Source: Phoronis australis (Eukaryota; Animalia; Phoronida). From it: 64,000 bases of DNA. A model generated the notes under the pieces. It was given only the letters and a program-made list of their open reading frames with translations, was not told where the DNA came from and did not search any database. Where the stretch lies: contig NMRA01000165.1 of assembly GCA_002633005.1 (NCBI GenBank), positions 310,600-374,599 of the forward strand, in the 5' to 3' direction. This document shows, one piece after another, positions 1-12,473 of this stretch. The stretch's first letter is position 1, and each line of letters opens with the position of its first letter. The position numbers were made by a program, and so were the translations under genes.

Positions 1-682
1 GCGTATGAATATTCACGATACATCTGCGCCCTTCTTTTTCCCGTTTCGTCCCACCCTCCCTGAACCTTATTCACGATTTCTCTCCGTTTACCATTTTTGT
101 CAATTTCCGTCCGAGATGTTGTGATTGTCACTTTACCAGACCAGGTTTGGACGTTTTGTGAAACTCCAATTTCCATTTCAAGTCCTGAGTCATCATCCTT
201 TGATGAGCGACCACTTAACTGTTCGTCATCCTCTCCATCCTCTTCACCGGAGTAGTAATGCATACTATCGGCGCTCGGTATTTCCACAACCGGCGGCTGA
301 AGTGAAGGACTATTTCTAAACTGTTCGAATATCTTACTTGAGCTGCCTAGTATTCGAAGGTCTAAACTTTTGTATGGAAGTGATTTAAAAGCATCTCGTT
401 TCTCAAACTTACGGAGAAGTAAATGGTAACAGGCACTTGCTTGATCCACGCCATTTTGTTTCACAGATTCCCTTACTTCCTTTTCGTTGAACTTGAATTG
501 TTTCGCCATGTAAGTGATCACGCTTTCGTTGATGTTATTCGCAGGTAATGTCGGCTTATCGTTCCACGTAGTTGAAGAAGAGCTCTTCCCAGCTGTGACC
601 CAGCTGTGGCGTATAAGTTTGCTCATATTAATGCGCTTGTCTTCATTGTGCTCTATCAGCTGACGTAACAGATCTTGGCAAT
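1..682 (-). CDS. HUNK/CAMKL-like pseudokinase, exon 7 (subdomain XI, UBA-like segment, acidic tail; runs off the window)
   Basis: DCQDLLRQLIEHNEDKRINMSKLIRHSWV, then NESVITYMAKQFKFNEKEVRESVKQNGVDQASACYHLLLRK (UBA-like, as in AMPK-related kinases); frame open to base 1. Confidence 0.85.
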
Positions 683-1141
683 CTAAAAGAATTGATGGTA
701 GTGTTTTACACGACTGAGAGATTGCCACTACTGAAAGTTGATGGAATTTTCGTGTCATGGGTAGTTTCTGTCCAACTGACCTCGTTAACTTAGTGTTGTC
801 TATACCGACAAGCCAGGACAAAATCCATTGATAGAATTCTGTGGACACGTCATTCTGAAATTATCTAAGGCTTAAATCGGAAATTTCGCCTTGCTCTTTA
901 AACAACTGTTTGAGAAAACTATCGAGTTTGAATTCGATGCAGCAAAGTAGGCTTATACTTCAACTTACAAGTTGCACAGATAGTTTAAACTTTGGTGCTC
1001 TAACGATTACCCGGTAAAAATCGTATTCAGGGATAGCGAAGGTGGAGCGCAAAACTTTAGCCTTAAGTCAGGTTCCTTGAAACAACTCCTAATTGTTTTA
1101 GTTGAGTTAGGGTTGACTTTGGTGTAATTCCTATTGCTGAC

Positions 1142-1251
1142 CTTTTGATAAAGATGGCGCCGGCTGGTAGCAGTTGGATGCAAACCAACAGGGATCCGAC
1201 TCTTCGTTGAATGGCAGATATCCAGTCAGCATGAGGTTCAGGTTGACGCCT
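1142..1251 (-). CDS. HUNK/CAMKL-like pseudokinase, exon 6
   Basis: GVNLNLMLTGYLPFNEESDP...PSLSK; resembles the HUNK-type GVNMYAMLTGTLPF; GTCAG donor. Confidence 0.85.
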
Positions 1252-1728
1252 CTATCAAGAACAAAGTATCCAATGTCAAAGCAGAAAGATTTTGGCAATC
1301 GATAAATCAGTTACTTTTTGATTGAATTTTAGAGGGTTGGTTTATTTTGGAAACATTTTGTCGCTGAATTGCTGACAACTGGGTCTTTATTTGGAAAAAG
1401 TTTGGCAATCTACCAGGCCCTAATGTCTATAGTATTTTGGCGGTTTGACAAACCATCCTCTGATCAACACTCAGGCGTATTTGGCCTTTCGTGAGACATG
1501 AACTCCTCTAAATACTGTCATTAACATAATTTTAATTATAGTTCCAGTCACGCAGATAAAATTGTCTTCGAACTCGTGGTATGTGTAAATAAATTATCAC
1601 TGATTCTGTATTTATGCAGAGTTACATGATGTTAGGCCTTCAATTTCTAAATCCCTTGCTTAGTTGGCTAGATGCGCGCGCAACCGTGTTGTCTGAACTT
1701 TCATGCCTCCTGTAACTATATTACTCAC

Positions 1729-1867
1729 AGACTCCACACGTCTCCCTTGGTACTGTACACGTTGTTGCTGGTATGTAACAGTTCAGGGGCGATGAATTGG
1801 CTGAAGTCCCAACGTTCGTGATCTGAATGGGAGTATGTTAAAAGTTGGTGGCGGTCGCATCGAAATC
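1729..1867 (-). CDS. HUNK/CAMKL-like pseudokinase, exon 5
   Basis: (G)FRCDRHQLLTYSHSDHERWDFSQFIAPELLHTSNNVYSTKGDVWS(L); APE and DVWS motifs; GTGAGT donor. Confidence 0.88.
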
Positions 1868-2339
1868 CTACAAAAGTTAATATAGAGTGCACTTGCAGTA
1901 AACTTTGACAATCGCCTTTTTACTTTGGAGAGATACAGACGAATGGTTAGGCCTACTTTTGTTGCACTGTCATGCCCACATGAATTGGGTATCACGTGGA
2001 CGTTTTGAACGTTGATTATAATCATGGTGATAAGATTTAATGACACACGATTTAGGAAAAGGAACTATACTCGGATGTGCGCCTGTAGGTCCGTGACGTA
2101 AGAATTGCTCCGTGTCGACTCCAGCAAAACACTCACTGAAAATAATACATTGTGTTCACATGTTAAATGAGATATTGAAACTGTGTTACGTAAGCGGTTA
2201 GAACTTTGATCAGGCCAATAGCCGGTTTAATAACGACGACTTTGAGGGCGCTCTGAATTTGTTCCCACCGGCAATCTCCACTGCGCTAAAACCACCGACT
2301 GGGACAAAATGAAGTGAAGTCAAAGTGCAACAGTTTCAA

Positions 2340-2707
2340 GGTAGACAATTTTGCTCTTTCACGGCCCACACGGGTGTTCTCATTTCTTATTTCACATTAA
2401 TACGAGCTGTAGTTCTTTTTCACCAATCTTAATTCAGTTCTTACGGGCTTAATTCTTTCTCATTGAACTCTTCTCGTTTCGCAAGGGACAGGAGTTACAC
2501 GTGCTTGGCAATATGTAACACGTTCTTGGTGCAATGTATCAAATCGGTCCAAAACTGGGAACATGTGGTTAATGAGAAAAGAATTGTATTCGTAAAGACA
2601 GAAGTGCTAAATGTGAGAAAAGAATTGCAGTTCGTGAGAAAATAAATCGTATTAATGAGAAAGAACGCTGTTAATGAGAACGCCCTTGCGGAGCTGACTG
2701 TCTATCC
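2340..2707. mobile_element. Degenerate MITE-like foldback element in a kinase intron
   Basis: Ends GGTAGACA.../...TGTCTATC; internal inverted blocks GTTCTCATT..CATTAATACGA vs TCGTATTAATG..AATGAGAAC. Confidence 0.5.
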
Positions 2708-2799
2708 TGAACGCGAACTAGCACAAACATGATTTAAATGCTAGTTTTGCTTGATAGTGCGCACATCGATTTTCAAAACTTTACAGCTTAGTAACTTAC

Positions 2800-2855
2800 C
2801 CGTCAGTTTCACTTGGCCCTCTGAGTTGAACAGTATGTTGTCAGGTGTTATTCGT
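2800..2855 (-). CDS. HUNK/CAMKL-like pseudokinase, exon 4 (degenerate catalytic loop)
   Basis: (R)RITPDNILFNSEGQVKLT(G); CAG acceptor, GTAAG donor; phases fit both neighbours. Confidence 0.85.
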
Positions 2856-3557
2856 CTGTGGAGGAAGTCAGTGGATAAGTGTTTAATCAACGATTAGTTT
2901 ACAGATAAGGTAGCCAAGCAAATACTTTTAAATCAAAACATAATTAAAAACTCAACTCGAAAATAAACATGTCTCAACGGACTACGAGGCAGACAGATTA
3001 TCTTCTGGATACAAAACTTATTTGAGAATCAAAAAAGGATTTCGCCGCCGCGGCCCAATGGGAAGAAAATGTGTGATGATGAATGAATCTTGACCGTCAA
3101 TCTAGCTGCATATTAATTAGTGGGAGTTAGTAACAATACTAAATACAGAAATTCTATTTATGTCTAAGCTATTTCTATTAGTTTCATTATAGGACTGAAC
3201 TGACGTAACGGCATGCGTGTTAGTAATAAACGTGTAGATTTTCTTATGTGGCTGTAATGGGTTTTCAGTCAACTCGGAAATAGTGTTAGCTGCAGAAACA
3301 AAAACACCTTTGATTAGCAATTGCCGTGTTATGAGAGTTACTATATTTTTGTTAGCGTTAAAATAATTAACTTCGTTTGCTGACGAAACAACGACTTGAA
3401 GCAAACTGAAGCGACCAAAAACATCACGCGTAGTGACCAGTCCTACAACGTGGCCACTGTAAACAGGAAATAATTCTTGTCTTTGTAGACTCGTACTCGT
3501 AAGTATCCCCGTCATAAGTCACACCTACATACAACCGGTGTCCACTGAAACTCTCAC

Positions 3558-3647
3558 CTGTGCACGACACCTCGTCGGTGAAGGTATTCTATGGCTGAGA
3601 CCAACTGGCGAAATATATGTCCCGCTTCTCGTTCATCAAAGCCAGAT
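3558..3647 (-). CDS. HUNK/CAMKL-like pseudokinase, exon 3
   Basis: SGFDEREAGHIFRQLVSAIEYLHRRGVVH(R); TAG acceptor, GTGAG donor; 90 nt. Confidence 0.9.
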
Positions 3648-3849
3648 CTAAAACAACAAGTAGTTAAGAAGTGTTAATAGTGAATACCCCCAACATCGTT
3701 AGCCAAACGAAAGTAAAGAAAATAGCAGACCAAATACATTGTACACATGATATCAGATAGTTACGGAACCCTCACTGCGCTGTGTGTAACATGAGTTATC
3801 CTATTACAGTTCTTTAGCTATTGAACTCAGGGTAAGTCAATTACAGGGA

Positions 3850-4140
3850 CATTTCGCTGCTGTTTAGCTGTCAATGCTGAATTCTTAATCGAAGCGCTTT
3901 GTTGTTAAAAACAATGTTACACTCATCCGAAATTTATGTTGTTGCCGAATGAGCCGGCAACTGGTCGCATGGCAATGCATACATTCGCCATTTTAGAATT
4001 CGCAATTTTAGTGTTGGCCAACCCTTTTTTGTTGGCAACGAAAATAGATTCCTATCACGGTAAGGAATATCACGAGACGGATTTTACGAGAGTAAAAGGG
4101 ATAATTCGATTTTCGTTTTAGCTAAACAGAGCGAAATGTA
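3850..4140 (+). repeat. Interspersed repeat copy A (inverted relative to the copy at 6880-7200)
   Basis: Shares the core ATCACGGTAAGGAATAT(C/T)ACGAGA..GATTTTA(C/T)GAG and GCTGTTTAGC...CGA(A/G)GCGCTTT with the reverse complement of 6880-7200. Confidence 0.75.
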
Positions 4141-5099
4141 GCTTTAACTCTTCGAAAAAAAAATCAGACTGTAACTGAAGCTCAAAAGTTTGGAACAAGT
4201 TTGAAAACTGCTAGGTTACTAAATCAGTAAATGCGACTTAAGCTTTGGTCAAGTTAATCGAATCGCAGACTCCGTTTTCTGATGGAAGTCTTAGAGTAAA
4301 ATGAAATAAAATGCTTTTTAATTAGTGGAAGGTACTGTTGATGCCAGTGTCAGGCGAAATTGTCAAAATAGGGTTAATTTTATTGTTATTTTAAATAGCG
4401 AATTGACTGCAACTAATTATAATTTCATGAGTCTTCTCATTTACAGTTTTACTACATGGCATCCATGAAGCACAAAATACACGTCACGTAATATGGTGAC
4501 GCAGAAAGTTTTTAAAAGGGAAATAAACTGATGGCCTTCTTTTAAAAACAACATTTTGATCGAGGCCACTCACCTTGGTGAACACGGTCTCGTCTTTTCC
4601 CTCCCTCGGATTAGAAATGAATTTCTGACGAGCCGTACTTGCTTTAGACTTGATGAATGAGTTGGTTTATGATGGCGGTAATTTGGTGCGCCATGATGGT
4701 CTCGTTCCCTAACTGGTCGGTATAGTTTTTAAAAAGCCCAGAAATGACTTCTGATCTTGATTAGAATTGAAAGCAGTTGCAACTGCGAACAACCTTCCGA
4801 TACACTAGTGCTACGACAATTTATGAAGTGTGGGCTTGTTAACCTACTTGAGACCAACTAAGCTTTGGTTCGTGTATTTGATTTTTTAGAAGATACGACT
4901 CTGGTTCACAGGTGAATGCAGCCTAAGATTAGCTAAACATTGTTGGATCAAGGATGTCGCAACGGGGGTCCAACCCGGTTCAGATGTGAAGTTATATATT
5001 TGCCTAAACACGAGATGCCAGTTGTCTTTTTTCTTGGTCGTGCTCGGGAGCCGGGACCCCTGTCCCCTCTAATGATCGCAGTCAAAAGCACGCGTGTAC

Positions 5100-5308
5100 C
5101 TGAATATCAAGCATTCGGTTAACGCTCCCTTGTCGGCGATTTCCATCACCATATAGTAGTTGTTGGATGTCTCCAGGACCTCATAGAGCTTAATGACGTT
5201 TGGGTGGTGTAGGTTTCGGAGGATTGTCGATTCCTTTCTCAGGCTATGCTGGAAATGGTTGTCGTGACGCACTTGTTTTTCCTTCTTACACACAACTTTA
5301 ACCGCGAC
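5100..5308 (-). CDS. HUNK/CAMKL-like pseudokinase, exon 2
   Basis: AG|VAVKVVCKK...RKESTILRNLHHPNVIKLYEVLETSNNYYMVMEIADKG...; subdomains II-V; donor AG|GTAC, phase 2. Confidence 0.9.
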
Positions 5309-6879
5309 CTGAAAGTGAGATGTTAACGTAGATCAATTAATTAATTTGAATTTTGATTAAACTTCTGCGTAATTGATTGAACTAGGCGACAATGTCCGAT
5401 AATTTCCGGACAAGACACCAGTGGGAATAACGTATACGTGCGGACCCGATCGTGCCAGACAGAGGAAGTTCTTGGGTTGAGCCAGTAGGGTGTCAGAGAG
5501 GCTGTATAGTTGAACGTGAGGAATGCCTCCCTGAATAGACACGGTAGGCTAGTGTTGCCTGACTTACAGCCATGGCCTTGGAGTTCCTGTGGTCTTGAAT
5601 CATCGGGCAGAGGACTGACGCAATTTTCTCTGGAATTGGTCAGTTACCAATACCCGGTAGGAGCCAGGTGGCTCCTCAATGAAGTCAGGAGAAATATTGT
5701 AGTGAGTGGTTTAATTTACGATAATTTGCCAATAAAACTTGTTAGCACTGACGTGAAACATTTCTGTTTCTACATCAACATTTAGACTGCAGTTCATGCA
5801 ACTGATAGGCCTACAGACGATATTGAAATGAACTGTTGAAATACTGCATTGTTTTGCACTGACATTCCGTTTTGAACGGTAGTGAGTGATTAATGCTCTC
5901 AGATTTTGTCCAGTGCTCCGAGTTTTTTTATTGTCATGTGGATTAGATAGAAAACAACACTTTAGGTGATACATCAATTATTGGTTATGAAAACACAAGA
6001 CATGTGCTTGCGTTAGCTTCAAAGTGAAATCTCAATAGAATACAGCGTGAAGAAGCACGCTTGAAAGACGACACGAGAATGCCTTCTTCTTCCCTTTGGG
6101 ATTTCTGTTTGTGTCGCGTTTCTTTGGACTCGACAAACCAATGCAGCACATGTTTGTTACTAATCGGTCGCTAACTGAACACAAGGCCCTCATATCCGCC
6201 CGTGATTTCCTCGTTTGATCAGCTCTAACGTAACGTGAATGAGTGACAGTGGTCGATCTCTGAGCCTGAACCTGGGCCGGAATAGCCAACAGCTGATTAA
6301 TAATTCATAGAAATGTACGTATTGCCCCTAATGGAAGGTATCATTTGAAACAGAGTCTTGTCTCAACTGCAGTTTTTCAATGACTGTGTTTGTTTTGAAT
6401 AAAAATGCATATCAAAAATTTAATGTATGTGTTTCTTAGAATTTGAATTACTTGAGTTCATGTCTTCACCCATTTTATTTTGACGTATCACTCATCGTTT
6501 GTTTCGAATGTTAGATAAACGAATCACGTTTGTTAAAATTTGAGAATCAAACCGAATAAGGAATTGTAACTTCTCAAATATTTTTAATCGCCCTTGCAAT
6601 GTTTATTTAACAACGGATCGGCATGTGACGTTTTTGTGATAACAACAAAATCATTTTTATCTTAATAATTTAACGACCACTAATGAGTTCGAGGAGATTT
6701 AGCCGGACAAGTAGTGTGTTAAAAGGATTATTCTAAATTATGCCGCCGGATTACTTAAATCTTGCCCTTATATGATTAGCGTGACTAACGTATCAATCGA
6801 CGCCTGTGGGTGAATAATGCTCATTCTCTCCTCTCAAACCGTAGGATCCAGTTTGTGACACGGTGAGAAAGTAATTTTA

Positions 6880-7200
6880 AACTGTTTCTCTCAGTTAGAT
6901 GCCAAAAGAACACAAAATGAATTAAGCCACGGGACCTCATAAAATCGATCTCGTAATATTCCTTACCGTGATGGAATTTTAATACCGTCACCAACAAGAA
7001 CTTCAAAACCATCAAGAATTCGGGAAACCGCTTCAGAGTTTATTGGGAATGGCCAACCCTAAAACTGCGACATAGAAAATAGCGACTGTGCACATTGCCC
7101 GTGACTTGAGTTGCTAACTCATTCGGCAATAATTCAGCATTCCTAAACCCTAAAGCGCCTCGGTCAAGATTTGAACGGTGGCGCTAAACAGCGACAAAAC
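6880..7200 (-). repeat. Interspersed repeat copy B
   Basis: Reverse complement aligns with 3850-4140; the spurious ORFs share HGKEY(H/Y)E.DF.R..G.I.F.F. Confidence 0.75.
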
Positions 7201-7396
7201 CACCCTTCAACTGAAAAAAACAAAGCCAGAAAGACAAAATCAATTTAGACGAACAACTCATCGGAAAAGAGTTGAATATCCTTTTAAATTATGCATTAAC
7301 AAAAAACTTAGCTATAATTCTTTTAGTAAATGACTTATCAAATGTAGGTACTGGCGTATGAATACTTGGTATTCGGTCGTGTAACACGTTACCAAC

Positions 7397-7540
7397 CTTC
7401 TCTCCCGTCAGCAACTGTGTAGCGTGGAACACCTGCGACATCTTGCCCTCTCCCAGCATGTGGCCCAATAGGTAACCACCCACCTTCTTCTGAAGTCCTT
7501 GGAAGTTGGCCTGCGCCTCATTCAACTCATTGCTTCCCAT
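7397..7540 (-). CDS. HUNK/CAMKL-like pseudokinase, coding exon 1
   Basis: ATG at 7540 with an in-frame upstream stop; MGSNEL...KKVGGYLLGHMLGEGKMSQVFHATQLLTGEK (Gly-rich loop); donor AAG|GTTGGT, phase 0. Confidence 0.85.
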
Positions 7541-8377
7541 TGTCTCCGTGAATCAGTTAAGTACCGAGTTTCGTAAGGAAGATGTAAATGTAACTGTATT
7601 TCTCATCTTGCTCCGAGCAGTGACAGTACGTACATGTAAAGACGTTGTTAATGAAGTCTTCACTGGATTTACTTATCTTTTCACTGGGCTTAATCGTATC
7701 AACCAAATCTCTGGAGGTCGCCTTGGCAACGTTTGGCGCTGCTATGATCAACTGAGGCTATATGGGGTGAATCAAAACCCGAGAGCGTTTAATACAAACG
7801 CTTGAACAAAAATGAACGTGTAACTATGGAAAAATAATTTAGTGTAATAATCGATTCCAATTTATATTCTCGGAATTCATAGTTTGTACTTGTCTTAGAG
7901 ACCATTCAAAGATACACACTGTCTCTTCATTTTTTCAAATATACGCATTTAGACATTTGTTGTTTACCAATGCTAACCTTTTTAATATAAAGGCAAATAA
8001 GTAGGCCTATTTGACCGAGTAGAACGGTTTGTTGGAGGTTTTACTTTACTTTTTTAACAAATAGTCTGAGACGTTGTGAAATCGAAAATAGCGCACTGTA
8101 CTCGTTGCGTGTGACTTGCGTTGCCGGCTGATTTGGTAACAATACAAGATCCTATGAGCGTGGTAACATCAAAGCGCTTCTGTTTGTAATTCAATTATTG
8201 ACAACTGAACAGCGGGAAAATGCCCATTTTTCGGTGGCTATAAGCCCGCATTCCATCAAAAAAACTTTTCACTGAGTCCAGTTACCATTATGAAATTGGT
8301 CTCAAAATCTCTTTAATAAACCAAAGATGAATTTCAAGCTTCCAAAGAACTGGCAGTTAGTTGTTGTTTGAGACATG

Positions 8378-8532
8378 CCTCCCGTTTAGTAACGTTAGGA
8401 CCTCGATAAAAAGCAAGTCTTCGCGAGATTAAGTGAGATATTACGATGTATTTCGAATAAGAACACGTGACTTTGGCTAGAGTTTAGCTAGGTCCTAGCG
8501 TGTGTCCTAGCGCTTCTGAACACACGCCTGGC
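8378..8532. mobile_element. Short MITE, degenerate copy of the 27008-27166 family
   Basis: TAGGACCTCG.TAAAAAGCAAG.CTTCGCGAGATTA.GTGAGAT...AGCTAGGTCCTAGCGTG shared with the 27 kb copy. Confidence 0.75.
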
Positions 8533-9336
8533 TCTCTACAAGTTGGCTTGTCATTCTATATTAGCTGTCAATTCTTTGTTAAGGCAGAAATCATTTTTCA
8601 TGGGAGCGTGGAAGTTGAGACTTTAAGTGCCATAGTTGTAAGTGGCCTTAGTCAAAAGTAATTCTCTTCTTGGACGGGACAAAGAGTTATTAGAGGTTTT
8701 AAGTAAGGCAGGGGCGAGTGTACCTTTTATTCTTTACTGCTTATAACCCTATACCCGGGATTCTGAACACTTTAATGTTCCTTTAGGGCAAGTCGTAAAA
8801 GGGTTGCAATGCGTTTCCCAAATGGCATTGTCGTGTTTTGTCGACTTTTCCAAGATGCTTAAAAACAGTGGACACCGAATTCGAAACGAAGCTCTTCACC
8901 GTGACGTCTTGCTCACCCTGTAGTCTTAACTACAACACGCGTGGGTATTTGCGTAAATGGGGAGAACCCTGTAAGCACCACCAATTACGTGTTTAAGGTG
9001 ACGATCATTGTTTAATTCAGTCTTACGGAATTGTAAGCTACCTGGCTCACGGCAATTGTGGGAAATAATTCATGTGTCAAAGATGAATTTTATGGTTTAG
9101 CCTCTATATGGCGGCAAATACAACTAAATCTGTGGGGCTCAGTTTTAGAATAGATGACAGCTTGTTTTTTATGTAGCTGTCACATGGCAGACTTTATCAC
9201 TGAAACTATTTTACACAGAAATAGTGAGCTAACTCTTTGAAAATAATTTAGTAGGTCTTATAATGTAATATCTATTGGCCACAAATTTTAACGCATTTGT
9301 AGGGCATACCCGTACAAGAAATATGAAGCACCAAAG

Positions 9337-9738
9337 AGTTCTTAAACGAGTACCATTTTGTACGTGCGTAGAAATGTGCTTTATCTACGCGTACTTTTGC
9401 TTATTTGCTTAATCTACATGTACCTTTAGTTCTTAAACGATCATCGTTCTGAAACAATGTTAGCGGCGCCGTCATTCACGTGGTCACTTGATAAGAATCT
9501 GCAGCATTCTTCAAAAGTTGCCTTGCACCTATAGAAAGTGTTCCGCCATTTTAAGATTTAAGATCACAGGCGTGATTGGACTGTACGAATTGATTGAGAG
9601 TACGCGTTAATCAAGTAAAACTACGCGTTGATTAATCAAAAGAACGCGTTGATTAAAAGCAGAACGATGATCGTTTAAAATTAAAAGTACGCGTAGATTA
9701 AGCACACTTCTACACGTAGAAAGGTATTCGTTCATAAT
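9337..9738. mobile_element. Foldback MITE (~400 bp)
   Basis: Inverted arms: TAAACGATCATCGTTCT / AGAACGATGATCGTTTA and ATCTACGCGTACTTTT / AAAAGTACGCGTAGAT. Confidence 0.7.
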
Positions 9739-11726
9739 GAAATGACTTACAAATTGGTGACTCTAATGAGCCTAGTCCAGCAATAGCAAGTCATTAGAAA
9801 GTGGCCACATCTGTTGGCGAACGTGATGGATAAATCGATTTGAAAACATCCAAAATTGCGCTGTCTATTCGTATCCCACGTACTTCCTTCTTCCTTTAGC
9901 AATAAACTCCAATGAATGACAGACCACACAGTGCGCGCTCACTGTACTGCGGACCACAGGGAAAACAAACCCTTGTCATCATGCGTTATCCGTGCATCCC
10001 ACTTGTATTTGGATTTTTACCCTATTTTTCAATTGTCATATTTAATTCCTTTATACTTAATTGAACTAGATAAAGAATCAAACAAAATATCGCAAAAATG
10101 GTGTCATGCAGTGTGGTGAAGAGTTGCGCTGAGCGTCTAACTGACGTGTTTAGTATTCGTTGATAACACCCAAATTTTGTTTATTTTACATTTGGTGGCT
10201 CATTTAACGTTCCTAAATCGGAATGTGCTATGCACCTGCTGTATCCCCACGATGTTAATGTCCCTACAGGCCTGTTAACTGTCGTTGAGAAAAAAGCTTA
10301 TTGCTGCGTAGTTATGGACATGGGATATTACTTTGATGATTAGGATATACGTCTTTTTATGGTCAATAGTGGCTCGTGACTTCGTGAATTATTATCTATG
10401 GAGAGTGTCGTATGACTGATAACCGTTCAGTAGGGGTGCTTGAAACTGGTGGTAGCCCCACAGAAGTGGTATACCGGTCTAGCTGCTGCCGGGGGGGGGG
10501 GTGACTTTTCACGACCGGTTCCCTATTCAAGGATGGATTTTCTGATTAAATTTCGCTGAAAAGGGTTCACTTTGGCCGGGAATTCGAAATTCTACGAAGG
10601 TTCCTTTTTTGCACAAATCTGTAGAATAAGAATTTTTAAATTGAAACTTTTGTTGCAATTGAGGGTGTCCTCCTTGACAACATAGCAAACTTTCTCTTGA
10701 TGCGTTGGAAGTTCTTCTAAATGTTCAAGAATCCCTACCAAAGGATTTGGATTATGGAGTTAACTCCTCCAAAAGGTGGTGTTTCTGGAAAGGATCCAAC
10801 GAAAGGGCGTTCAAATGGGTCACCATTTCAAGTCTTCTCTAAATCCTCCGATCTGCGCCCTCCGTCAAAAACATATTCGAGGACACCCTGGTATTAAATT
10901 GGTGAATTGTCATTATATGTGATCGCTGCGAAGTGTAACAACCTGCCCTTTAAAACATCATTGTCAGTAACTATATGAAGGCAGGCAGTGCGTTTACGAA
11001 GATATCTAATATTCGAATACTGCATTCAGCGACGAGTCTTCCGCTTGCCCTTGGGCCCTCGTCCGTACGACAATAGAGTGCACTGACGCTGTTCAACTGA
11101 CATAAACCGTGTTTACACAATGCAGCTCTGCTTTTATTCTCGTCATGTGCAAATAGACTCAAGTTCCTGCCGTTTTATATTGGACGGGCTATTTGTGTCT
11201 TAGTTACAGTGCATCGCCGTGAAGATGGGACAGTAACACAGCGAAGGCATGTGGAGTACTATTGATCGTGGACACTGTAAGTTTGTGCAACTGTTAGAAG
11301 TTTGTCGTTGAAGTTAACTGATGACAAGTCAGATTTAATGATATAAAAAGTAGTCACGTGACACAGCAGATAACAAATCCCTCCAGCTGGTACGACTAGG
11401 ACCAATGTACCGTACTCCCTGAGGTATGACGAATCGTTGATTTACTGTTAGCATTCTTCCTGTGTTTCATAACTGGTGTTTTTTAGCTAAAGGTTATACC
11501 CGAAACGGCGGCTTACCATTGAATTATGCTTATCGGCTGTCCGGTCTGGTACAGCTGGGACTGAGTTGGTGTTCTAGGTATTACCGCACTGATAAAAAAT
11601 TCCGCTCGCCATCTGGTGAAATTTATTTTTGTTCTGTTGTAGTTAGGTAGCCATTATGATTCTCTGAAAACTGATCATCTATGGATTACTATCATGGATT
11701 AAACTACTTCGTTTTGATTTTAGGAG

Positions 11727-12473
11727 ATGTCAAAGAAACGACACAAAGGATTTGGACCGTTCTTGTCTCCAAGGTATATCAGGCGGTTGCCCCCTATTGA
11801 AGAAGAAAGGAACCCAAAGTCTCACAACGTAGAACAGAAAAAATCTCGGAAACACATCCACGGATCAAAAAATTCCAATCGTCCTACTGCGAAAGAAACA
11901 GCCCCGACGACTTCGCTACCAGTATTTATAGATGGCCGGTTAGCTATAAAGAATTACGGAAATGACGTGGACTCGTTGGTGAATGCTTATTTACAACTGT
12001 CTAACAAGCGGGCGATCAATGTGTTAGATCCACTGACCGCAGGTCAGTGTAAATGCTGTGCCAAAATTAACAATGAGAACATGAAAAGAGCAGGACTAGC
12101 GAATTCTAGCCGGGATGTTCCGATTTTTAATGAAGACTTGAGTGATGACGAAATATCGTCTTACGGTAGCAGTGACATCCCTACATTCATGCCGTCAATG
12201 TATCGGTCTAAGACAGCCACACTAAACCCACAATACACACGCCCAAAAGGTTTTGTCAGCAGTGATTTACCTGTAGGTGTGTTCCAACGCGCTCGTCCAC
12301 TTGCTGAAGGCACATTGATACCTAAGCCTCGATACGCTGTGAGATTTATTGAGCAAGCCCCAATACTGGAATCTGCGACGGGCACGGATAGTTTCGGTGA
12401 AGGTGACTTTGATGAATCACAGTATCTTACCTCTATGAACAAACTACATAGGACAATCAACAACTTCACGTAA
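11727..12473 (+). CDS. Uncharacterised 248-aa protein, single coding exon
   Basis: 747-nt ATG-TAA ORF in AT-rich DNA; TTTTAG acceptor ends 3 nt before the ATG (implies an upstream UTR exon; candidate donor GTAAGT near 11277); AATAAA at 12483. Confidence 0.7.
   Translation: MSKKRHKGFGPFLSPRYIRRLPPIEEERNPKSHNVEQKKSRKHIHGSKNSNRPTAKETAPTTSLPVFIDGRLAIKNYGNDVDSLVNAYLQLSNKRAINVLDPLTAGQCKCCAKINNENMKRAGLANSSRDVPIFNEDLSDDEISSYGSSDIPTFMPSMYRSKTATLNPQYTRPKGFVSSDLPVGVFQRARPLAEGTLIPKPRYAVRFIEQAPILESATGTDSFGEGDFDESQYLTSMNKLHRTINNFT

Noticed and set aside
2050-2135. Alternative kinase exon that might supply DFG
   Set aside because: No kinase-like reading in the required phase; 1729-1867 fits the phase and carries APE and DVWS.
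7557-7751. N-terminal extension or uORF of the kinase
   Set aside because: Starts at TTG, is out of frame with ATG 7540, and an in-frame stop lies just upstream of that ATG.
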